From contig NC_043004.1 in NCBI RefSeq assembly GCF_006345805.1, forward strand, positions 50,840,001-50,904,000: a stretch of 64,000 nucleotides of DNA, written 5' to 3'. Below the pieces are notes generated by a model that did no database searches, was not told the DNA's origin, and was given only the letters and a program-made list of their open reading frames with translations. Positions within the stretch are counted from its first letter, which is position 1. Each line of letters opens with the position of its first letter. Shown one piece after another: positions 53,761 to 64,000 of this stretch. The translations under genes were made by a program, and so were the position numbers. This stretch comes from Octopus sinensis. Taxonomy: Eukaryota.

Positions 53761-55047
53761 TGTTATATATATAGAGAGAGACTGCCCGTAACCCGTTTGG
53801 TCACCGGGAAAGTCAGTTTCGTTATTTCGCATGCTTTCAACGAATGTGACATCGAAATCAGGCGTAAACGGCTCTTTTCCTCCAGAAAAGGAAAGATTTG
53901 GCTGTTATTTCTTGCACGCCCTGCTCCCACGTAACAGGTATATCGGATCCTTTAGCGCAAATAGCTGTTACGTAGTAGCAGGACGTGCTAGAAACAGCAG
54001 CCAAATCTTGGAGGTGAGATAACGTTGAATACACTCAACATTAAACAAAAACTATTTCACACCGAGGTTACGAAGTTCATGAATTATGTATGTATGTATG
54101 TATGTATGTATGTATGTATGTATGTATGTATGTATGTATGTATGTATGTATGTATGTATGTATGTATGTATGTATGTATGTATGTATGTATGTATGTATG
54201 TATGTATGTATGTATGTATGTATGTATGTATGTATGTATGCATGTATGTATGTGTGCATGTATGTGTGAATGTATGTGTGCATGTATGTGTGCATGTATG
54301 CATGTGCGTTTGCAGAAGTGTACATGCGTATGTATATATATATATACGCATATATGTATGTATGTATGTATGCATGCATGCATGCATGTATGTATGTATG
54401 TGAACATTTACGTATATAAATGTGTAGACGTGTCTGCGTGTGTGTATATGTGTATGCATATATAAACGTATGTTTGTGTACTTAAAATGTGTGCCTGTTC
54501 AAGTTGTATATATGACTGTTACTTTGTCGAAAGTTGCATGTATGTATATTTACTATAAAAAAAGAAATCGTATTTTTTCGTTGTCAAATCAGTCTGATCA
54601 ATAGGCTGGGATTTCTTCTTTGCCAGGATGAAGTTGAATTCGGAACATTTTCACATTTATCACCGTTTTGGGTATTTATACCCCAAACCCCGAATATCCC
54701 AATAACTACTGCTCCAATTTATACGAAACTTGTTTCATTCCGTTCCTATTAACATTTCAGGGTAATCTTAATTCATAGTATTTTCTCATTATACGCCAGT
54801 TTGCCTGGGTAACATTGCAAGCAAGATTGAAACTGACTTTTAATGTATTATATATATATATATATATATATATAAGGAATAAGTTGAAAATTTACCGGTG
54901 CGTGTGTTTAATTATAAGGCAAATAAAGAAAATGACTCTTCCCAGACACAAGAATATATATATATATATATATATATGTGACCTCGTGAGTACCGCTAGC
55001 GATTTTTTTCCTCCGTCTTCCCTTCTCGGGATCTTTCCTTCTCCTAT

Positions 55048-55082
55048 GTTTCTGACGAAGAGCTCCGCTCGAAACGTTAAAC
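55048..55082 (+). ncRNA. Minimal type I hammerhead ribozyme motif in a Penelope-type terminal remnant (~54975-55180)
   Basis: GTTT-CTGACGA-A-GAGC-TCC-GCTC-GAAA-CG-TT|AAAC; stem III is the palindrome AACGTT. Confidence 0.68.
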
Positions 55083-55180
55083 CCTCCTTCTTCCCTTCTT
55101 TCCTGAGCGTCCAATAATACTTTATTTGTTCCACGTCCTCGCGTTGTTGTGTTTTTTTTTGTGTTTTCTTGTTTGGATTA

Positions 55181-55231
<51 letters not shown>

Positions 55232-56107
55232 TATATATAACAGTGAAGAGTGTATATACATATATATATATGACTTGGAGTTGATGTTTTTAAGATGCTT
55301 AATCTGACGATGACAAAATCATGAGTGTGGTGACAGTAAAGTAAAGATAGGGCAAGCTTTTGGAGAGCAATCATTTATAATGACTATAAGGAGAAGAGTA
55401 AAGGAGGCTGGCCTAATGGCTCACGATCATAACATCGTAGGTTCAATTCTTGGCCTGGATGACGAATTCTGTCCTTGAGCAAGGCACTTCATTTCACATT
55501 GCTTTAGTCAACTTAGCTGAAAATGTATACCAGTCGGGTGCTGGTGCAGCTCTCTTCTCTCCACCCACACCAAAGTTGTCACATCCTGGATGTGCTGCTG
55601 GGTCAACAGTGGGAATGCTTGGATGCTGGACAAAACGCTTGGCAGCATTTCGTCTGCCACTAAGTTCTGAGTTCAAATTCCGCCGAGATTGACTTTACCT
55701 TCAATCCTTTCGGGATCGATAAAATAAGTTCTGTAGAGCCTTGCTCGTGAATTCAAAACCGACGAACTGTAGACAAGGATCTTCTCTGCGGAAAAGCTAT
55801 CGAGCTGGTCCTTCAAGGTTAGGTGGCAAAAGAGACCGAGTACAAATGGCCGATCGTACTCTCTCTCCCCCTCTCTCCCCCTCTCTTTCTCTCTCTCATA
55901 CACAATGTAGATGTTTAACGCGGCATAAACGATACTTCGACACATTCTTGTTATTTTTATGCATAGCTTATTTTTATGTATAACTTAACAAAAGCTATAA
56001 TAATCGACTAACTTCTCCTCCCACCAAAATTTCAGGGCTTGCTCCTATAGAAGAAATAATTATTATTGTAATGTTTTTGAAATATATTCTTGGGGGTTGT
56101 GGGTAAT

Positions 56108-56498
56108 GGATGGAAGCACTCCGTCGGTTACGACGATGCGGGTTCCGGTTGATCCGAATCAACGGAACAGCCTGCTCGTGAAATTAACGTGTAAGTGGCT
56201 GAGCACTCCACAGACACGTGTACCCTTAACGTAGTTCTCATGGATATTCAGCGTGACACAGAGAGTGACAAGGCCGGCCCCTTGAAATACAGGTACAACA
56301 GAAACAGGAAGTAAGAGTGAGAGAAAGTTGTGGTGAAAGAGTACAGCAGGGATCACCACCATCCCCTGCCGGAGCCTCGTGGAGCTTTTTAGGTTTTTTC
56401 GCTCAATAAACACTCACAACGCCCGGTCTGGGAATCGAAACCGCATTCCTATGACCGCGAGTCCGCTGCCCTAACCACTGGGTCATTGCGCCTCCACG
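56108..56498 (-). mobile_element. SINE family C copy, 9-bp TSD GTGGGTAAT
   Basis: TSD at 56099-56107 and 56499-56507. Confidence 0.9.
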
Positions 56499-57619
56499 GT
56501 GGGTAATACGTACTCAATCAATAATAGCTAGAGGAGACATAAAACGCGGACTTCCTTTTCTACTTGGGTTTGGAGGAAGGAGTAGGGTCCTTGGCCTACG
56601 TGAACACATCTGTGAATACAAAGAGTTATGTAAATATATATTTAGCAACGTTGTGAAACTGGTCCCATGATGGCCTTTTTGGCAGCTTGCGATGACGATG
56701 TAACAGATCGTTTATATTGGTACCTAACAATTTATCAACAGCGGCTAACCTGTCCATCCTGATATGCTGAACATAAGTAGCAAAATACTACTTAAATGTA
56801 AACAGGCATGTTGCCTTGACAACAGTTCGTTTACAGAAAGTTACACGGTTGAAAGCCGCGGAAAATAATTACTAGTGTACCAGTAGAGCGTGACTTACGT
56901 ATCTTTTGGCGATTTTTCGCTTGAGAAACATGTAAATGCAGGATTCAAAATGACAAAAAGAAAGAAAGAAAGAAAGAAAGAAAGAAAAGAAAAAAGGAAA
57001 AGAAAAACAAAAAAACTGAAGTCAGGTATATGCAAAATAAACTTGGTTATCCTTAATGAGCGAAACGAGAATTGTAAATGCTTAAAAGTAGGTTATAAAC
57101 ATCATCATTATAGATTTCTGTCAAGTTGGTAGAATCATTAAAACGTCAGAAAAAATACTTTGCAGCATTTTCGCCAGCTCTTTACATCCTCATCTCCAAT
57201 CCACCGAGGTCAACTTTGTTATTCATCTCTCCTAGTGAATAAAATAAAGTACAAGTCAAGAAGTGGGCTCGGTGACATCAACTAATCTTCTTCCCTCAAA
57301 ATTGCTAACCAAACTAGAAATCCTATTATTTGCGGACAAATAACATAGATGTACCTCACTTATAAAAGTTGCCTCAGGACATATAAGATTTGATATTAAT
57401 CGATGAAGAATAAAAAGTTTACATGTAAATTTCGATTTAAACAGCAATTTAGAATTATCAAATGCAAAATACTTAAAAATGTACTAATATAGACCCAACA
57501 CGAATGGCCACATTTGCGGGAGTGTAGGCTATGACTAATAGTACAAGTGCGCTGCGCACTTGTCAATTCTTTCCAATCTACCTATACATTGGTCTGAAAG
57601 CCTCCTCCGAAGTTTGAAG

Positions 57620-59240
57620 GAAATTTACTGCTTTCTAAAAGACCTCATAACACTAGATTGCATTTAGTTGCTGCAAAGATATAATCTCACTCGTGCTCGG
57701 AACGTCCGAACTACAGAAGCTTAAACATGTTTCAGTTTCCAACAACACCGTCAGTCGATGAATCACTGAGATATCTGATATTATTTTGTCTCAGGTCATC
57801 CCAAAGATTAAAAATATCAATGTTTAACAATGTCGCCATCCAAAATGATGAAACCACTGACGTGTGTATGTATGTTAAGTGCATAACAAGAGCCTGGAAG
57901 ATGAATTCCTTTTTTTGCAAAACCCCTCAACACCCGAACCACTGCAAACAATATATTCCAGAAAGTGGATCAATTCTTTAACACGCGTGGCATAAACTGG
58001 GAGCACGTTGTTACCGTCGGTGCTCCAGCATTGCTTGGTTGCCGCTCTGGCTTTTAGACAATGGTGAAGGAGAAGTCTTCAAACACAACTGGTACGCATT
58101 GTACACTTCGTCAAACATTGATAGTTAAAACAATGCCCGACCATTTAAAGAATGTTTTGAATGGTGTAGTCAAAGCGGTAAATTTTATCAAAGCCAATGC
58201 ACTAAGCTTGCGTCTTTTTGTTGACTTGTACAAGGACAATGGCTCAGACTTTAAAACGATTTGACTGTACTCGCATGTAAGGTGGTTGTCCAAGAGGTAG
58301 ATACTGAAAAGTCTTCGTTCTATGATAAGAGATACACGAATTTCTTCGTGGTGCTAAAAAAGAACAGCACAGACCAATACTCGGTTCCTTATATGTCTCC
58401 TTTTTAGTCGACATTTTTTCATCAACTAATTCTGTTAACTTAGTGATACAAGGAAAGGACATCATCGCTGTCCACTGTCATGAAAAAATGACTGCATTTA
58501 AAATGAAGCTCCATTTGTGGCATTCTAAATTGGAATGTGAACATTTTGCACCGTTTCCGAACCTCAATACTTTCTTTGATGAAGATGACCTTCGAGTTGA
58601 TGCTGACATCCTCGACATAATGAAACAGTATGTCTTAATTCTTCAGGCTGAAATTCAAAGATACTTCCCCGACCTACAAAAATTCGAAAAAGTTCATCAT
58701 TTCATCACCAATTCCTCTGCAATCTCTGTTGTTGACATTCTGTCGGAAGATTACGTCATTCAAGATCAGTTCATCGACTTGCTGAATGATGGAGGTGCAA
58801 AAAATCCCTTCCGTAACATGTGTTGCAGTAAATTCTGAATTGAAATGACGCAATCTTATCCGGATGTCGCGAAATTGGCCTTCAAATTCATCGTTCCATT
58901 CGCAACAACGTACGAGTGTGAGACGGCTTTTGCAACTTTACTCGCAAATAAAACAAAGGCTCGCAATGAACTGGATGTTGCGCATGACTTGAGGATAGCA
59001 TTATCAAAAACGCATCCTAATACTGAGGACATATTACAGGCCAAACAAGTTCACTCCTCTCATTGAAATTTTTTTATTTTATCAGTAAAATTTTATCTCA
59101 CGAAAAATTATTTTATACAAGGTCAGTTTACTTTGTTCGTCTTCTCTGAGTTTTTTTTTCCATTTTGGGGCAGGGTTGAGGGGTCCACCAAGCCACGAAA
59201 AAATGGGAGGGACAAAAATTTTGGAAAGTTTGGGAACCAA
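57620..59240 (+). mobile_element. hAT (Buster/Charlie-like) transposase pseudogene and 3' end
   Basis: VSNNTVSR, AIQNDETTDV, THCTLRQTL..KT, VVKAVNFIK, VRWLSKR, FATTYECETAFATL...RNELDVAHDLRIALS; 3' AAAGTTTGGGAACC resembles a Charlie TIR. Many stops and frameshifts. Confidence 0.88.
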
Positions 59241-59839
59241 GGGAATCATTGCATACCCATGCCAGAAAAATATTTTACAGTATTTCTTCCGACTGTTTCC
59301 ATACTGAGTTCAAATCCCGCCGAGGTCAACTTTACCTTTCATTCTTTCGAAATCGATAGAACAAAATACTAGTCAAATACTAGGGTCGATGATATCGACT
59401 AAACTCCTTTTCCCCCAAAATAAGAAGCCGTGTGCCTCATCAGTAACCGTCACCGCGGCATCTCAAAGTCTCTCTACACCGGTGAATTGCGTGTTATGAA
59501 GACACATCGTCTAGAGGGAGATATTCTCCAATGACATAAAACAACAGCGATCAGGTATTCACGTTCGAATCTGCCAGAAGGTACTGAAAATAAATAGTTG
59601 TTATTTTTATGATAGATTTTTGTCTTTGTTTTTCAACTGCATCATTTAGTCAATTTCTGAAGATAGCAAAGAAGAAAATATAACATATGCCTGTGTGGTA
59701 AGAAGCTTGCTTCCCAACCACATGGTTTCGGGTTCAGTCCCACTGCATGACACCTTGGGCAAGTGTCTTCAACTATAGCCTCGGGCCGACTAAAGCCTTG
59801 TGAGTAGATTTGATGGATGGAAACTGAAAGAAGCCTGTC

Positions 59840-59936
<97 letters not shown>

Positions 59937-60146
59937 TTTGTTTGTCCCTCACCAACGCTTGAAAACCAATGTTGGGGAGACAAACACAGACACACAAACA
60001 TATACATACACATACATACACACATACATTCATACACACACACACACACACACACATATTAATGTTTATTTTCATGTTCAGTTATAATAAAAACAATTTC
60101 AGAGTACTCTAATGAACTACTCTATATTTTGTAACGTACAAATTTA

Positions 60147-60259
60147 TAATTCTTATACAAGGACGTTGCTGACAGTGACTTCGAAGTTCTCGTAAGCCAT
60201 CGTTCAGCGATGGCTGAAACTTCGAAGGCACTGTCAATAACATTCTTGTATAAGAATTA
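60147..60259. repeat. 113-bp near-perfect hairpin (TA-bounded MITE or hairpin RNA)
   Basis: Outer arms TAATTCTTATACAAG/CTTGTATAAGAATTA are perfect; inner TGACAGTG, CTTCGAAGTT and AGCCATCG stems; 5-nt loop. Confidence 0.75.
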
Positions 60260-60949
60260 CACACACACACACACATAGAATAAATAAAATTGCATGTAAA
60301 AACAATTGCAGATGGATAACTCATAAAAGTAAACAAATATATTATTTGAAAATTTAAAGAACTCCGCTCATAAATTCATAAGATTCTTTTCTGTAAACTT
60401 TCAAATAATATTCTTGTTTAACAAATTGTTTAGAATCTCGTTTTTCTGCGTGCACCGCATGAATTAGTATCTGTTTGGCAGACATAAGCATACATCAGCA
60501 AATAATTTTCTGGAACCATGTGGTTGGTAAACAAGCTACTTACCACACAGCCACTCCTGCGCCTTTTGTTTATTTTCTGAATGGAGTTACCAACTTACAT
60601 TTACTTTTACATTTGTCTTTATTTAAATCTCTAATTTTCTGCGACGCTACCATCTTAAGAACTAAATGAGGCAATTGAGAAATAAGCACATACAAGCGCG
60701 CGCACCACGTATGTATATATGATGGACACTCCTGTTGAGATTATTTTTTAAAAAAATAGACAGTGAGAGAGAGAGAAAGAAAATAAAACAACTTCAAAAA
60801 TAAAAAAAGCTGCATTTGTTTGCGATGGATGCGTGAATATGATTTGAGTCCTGGTATGGATTTTGCTATGAAGTCACAATGGGAACACTGATGATTTTGA
60901 TTTTCCCTGGGATTGGGCATGTGTCTGTTAGTTGGGGAATAAAATTCCT

Positions 60950-61480
60950 TTACAGTTCTGTTTCCTCAGCTCAAATTGTTTTGATGCACATTTTATGCCA
61001 TGCAGATCGATCTGGGCAATGACTTTTCCAAGATGTCAAGTTCAGCTGTAGAGACTTTACTGACTGCTTTACTGACAGGTCGTCCTCCTTTACTACGGAA
61101 ACCTATTTGTTGGCCATACAAAAGAATTTTCGGAATGCGGTCATCTTTCATTCGAACAACATGCCCTATTCATCTGCAATGAATTCTTAGCAGCATACTT
61201 TTTATACTGGAGATATCACATTTTTCTAAGATTTTGACATTTGATACATTTTATGTTGCAAATATTGCACAGAGAGTACATGTCAAATGCTTCCAGTTTC
61301 ATTATATGTCCGTAATACGGAGTTTATGCTTCTGCGTCATACAAAAGTGTGCGCAAAATACAAGATTTGTATGCACTTATCTTTGTTTATAGACGGACAC
61401 CGAGTTCATTCCACAAACGGTGGGAACATTTTCCAAAAGCATTTGATGCCTTAGATATTATAAAACTGATTTCGTTATCA
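60950..61480 (-). mobile_element. Decayed RTE-clade LINE C-terminal fragment
   Basis: Across frameshifts: KLEAFDM..L, LQMN..HVVRMKD.RIPKILLYG...KGGRP. Confidence 0.55.
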
Positions 61481-61606
61481 AAAGTTTACTGTACTTTCAA
61501 GATATTTAAATGACCTAACACATTTGAGTCAGGTCATTTGTGTATGTGTATGTGTGTATGTGTGTGTGTGCGTATATGGTATACATAATAATACATATAT
61601 ATATAT

Positions 61607-62710
61607 CATCATCATCATCATCATCGTTTAACGTCCGTTCTCCATGCTAGCATGGTTGGACGGTTCGACCGGGGATCTGGGAAGCCAAAATGCTGCACCA
61701 GGCTCCGGTCTTATCTGGCAATGTTTCTACAGCTGGATGCCCTTCCTAACGCCAACCACTCCGTGAGTGTAGTGGGTGCTTTTTACGTGCCACCTGCACT
61801 GGTGCCAGGCGAGGCTGGCATTGGCCACGGTCGGGTTGGTGCATTTTACGTGCCACCTGCACGGAAGCAAGTCGAGGCGGCACTGGCTTCGGCCACGATT
61901 CGGATGGTGCTTTTTACGTGCCACCGACACGGAAGCCAGTCGAGGCGGCGCTGGCATCGGCCACGATTCGGATAGTGCTTTTTACGTATCTCCAGTCCAG
62001 GGGTCCTGGCATCTGCCGGGTGCTAGTCATAGGATTGGTTCAATTTCGATTCCGATTTCGATTTCACTTGCCCCAACAGGTCTTCGCAAGCGACGACAGG
62101 CGTAGGTGCCTGTCGTCGGATGAGGTTCGATATCGACTTCGCTTGCCTCAACAGGTCTTTGTGTGTCCAAGGGAGGAAAGGCATGCATAAGTGGGCTGGA
62201 CTCACTTGTCCTGCCTGGTCTTTTCACGCACAGCTTATTTCCAAAGGTCTCGGTCGCTGGTCATTTCCTCAGTGAGACCTAAAGTTCGAAGGTCGTGCTT
62301 CACCACCTCGTCCCAAGTTTTCCTGGGTCTACCTCTTCCACTGGTTCCCTCCACTGCTAGGTATTGGCACTTTTTTACACACCTATCTTCATCCATTCTC
62401 GCCACATGACCATACCAGCGCAATCGTCTCTCTTGCACACCACAACTGATGCTCCTTAGGTCAACATTTCTCTCAGGGTACTAACGCTCTGTCGAGCATG
62501 CACACTGACATTACACATCCATCGGAGCATACTGGCTTCATTTCTCGCGAGCTTACGCATGTCCTCAGCAGTCACGGCCCATGTTTCACTGCCATGTAGC
62601 ATGGCTGTTCGTACACATGCATCATACAGTCTGCCTTTTACTCTGAGCGAGAGGCCTTTAGTCACCAACAGAGGTAAGAGCTCCCTAAACTTTGCCCAGG
62701 CTATTCTACC
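61607..62710 (-). mobile_element. RTE-clade LINE 3' end with structured 3' UTR and (GAT)n tail
   Basis: KGRLYDACVRTAMLHGSETW, RRLRWYGHVARMDE, GRGRPRKTWDEVVKHDL; (CAT)n on the plus strand at ~61607-61625. Confidence 0.9.
61775..61988. repeat. 63/68/68-bp tandem repeat in the RTE 3' UTR
   Basis: Units start 61775, 61838, 61906 and 61974 (partial), each beginning GGTGC(T/A)TTTTACGTGCCACC. Confidence 0.85.
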
Positions 62711-62892
62711 CCCATATATATATATAATATATATATATATATATACATATATTTCTCTCCGCCATCTTTAGCAGGTCAACTAAAAGGGAGCTGAGAGATT
62801 CCCACGCCATTATCCTTCTCTTCTCCACTTTTGCCCGACCCCACCTTGAATACTGCTGTCCACTGTGGTCTCCCTACAAGAAACAAAATATT

Positions 62893-63450
62893 ATGAGAAT
62901 TGAAGCTCTCCAAAAGTCAATTACAAAAAAGATAGATGGCATGTCAGACCTCGACTACTGGGGTAGACTAGAAAAGCTGAAACTGTATTCACTCCAACGA
63001 CGCCGTAAACGCTACATTATCTGTATGATGTGGAAAATATTCCATCAGCACTGTCTGAATGATGTTGGCATCACCTTCAAAATACATCCAAGGCTTGGAC
63101 CACGTGCCATCCGTCCACAACAAAAATGTAAATCGCATCTCATAACAACAATACGGCACAATTATTTCACCTCAATTGGACCCGCTCTCTTCAACATTAC
63201 ACCAGGACACGTCAAAACAGAAACTGGCCACACAAAATCCAAGAAGTCTTTGTACAAATTCCTTCAAACAGTCCCGGACAAACCACCCACACCCGGATAT
63301 GTCTCCGCAAACAATAACTCTCTGCTCGAATGGGCCTTGCTGCCAAAATCCTGAATTGAAAGACTTCGCCAGGTGGTGCTATTAAGTTAAACATGGCCTA
63401 GGCCAATACTGGTCAAAACCTTTCTAAGTTATTCTAAGTTATTCTAAGTT
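62893..63450 (+). mobile_element. CR1-clade LINE 3' end with (TTCTAAGTTA)n tail
   Basis: YWGRLEKLKLYSLQRRRKRY...GPALFN; 10-bp tandem tail at 63422-63450. Confidence 0.85.
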
Positions 63451-64000
63451 ACATGCATATATATGTATATTCGAGAAGAGAGGGGGACGAGGGATGGGGG
63501 AGAGAAGAGAGGGTAGGGGGAGGAGGAGGAGGGGAGAGAGGATATATATATATATGTATTATATATATATATATATACATAAATATATATATGAACATGC
63601 ATATATATGTATATTCAGATATATATATATATATCCTCTCTCCCCTCCTCCTCCCGCCTCCCCTCCTTCTCTCCCCCATCCCCCGTCCCCCTCTCTTCTC
63701 TCCTCTCCTCTCTCTCCTCATATACCCACCTTCCCCTCCCCCTAAACTCACCCACACACCCATCCCCACATTTCCACACCCACATATACATACACACACA
63801 CATCCAGACCACCAGCCCTCTTTCACACGCACATATATACTCTCTTATACACACACGCACCTTTGTGTTGGGGGTACCTTCGTATTGGAAGTCACTTGAC
63901 CCTCTTATCTTCCCTACTGTCCCTCTCGCGTCTGACCACTGTCCGAAGTCAGAACGCATTTTTTTTCTCTCCTTGTTTTTTTCTGTGTATTTTACTGTCG

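Noticed and set aside
57544-57564. Perfect 10-bp palindrome ACAAGTGCGC-T-GCGCACTTGT
   Set aside because: Short and isolated, probably part of the hAT element's 5' region; no support for a separate function.
61775-61988. CRISPR-like spaced repeats
   Set aside because: Contiguous tandem units without unique spacers, inside an RTE 3' UTR in a eukaryotic context; no cas genes.

Overview
Eukaryotic, AT- and microsatellite-rich genomic DNA. The SINE families and repeat landscape resemble those I recall from octopus/coleoid cephalopods (inference, no database search run). No confident host protein-coding gene was found. The window holds: a Tx1/L1-clade LINE (1-2902); a Ty3/Gypsy pol with a 3' LTR plus an upstream duplicate of that LTR and its flank (3072-9656); a decayed Penelope-like element with GIY-YIG domain (~10980-13250); four fragments of an R4/Dong-like RLE LINE that mostly abut (CATA)n; CR1, RTE, hAT and mariner relics; several MITE/long-TIR elements; and dozens of tRNA-derived SINEs. 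The only clearly intact cellular genes are four elongator tRNA-Met(CAT) genes (16760-18638). Each carries a 22-nt canonical-position intron and the same upstream element at -46..-30. Several minimal type I hammerhead-ribozyme motifs lie in Penelope-type terminal remnants; the best formed are at 22886-22947 and 55048-55082. Most ORFs in the supplied track are microsatellite or SINE artefacts.
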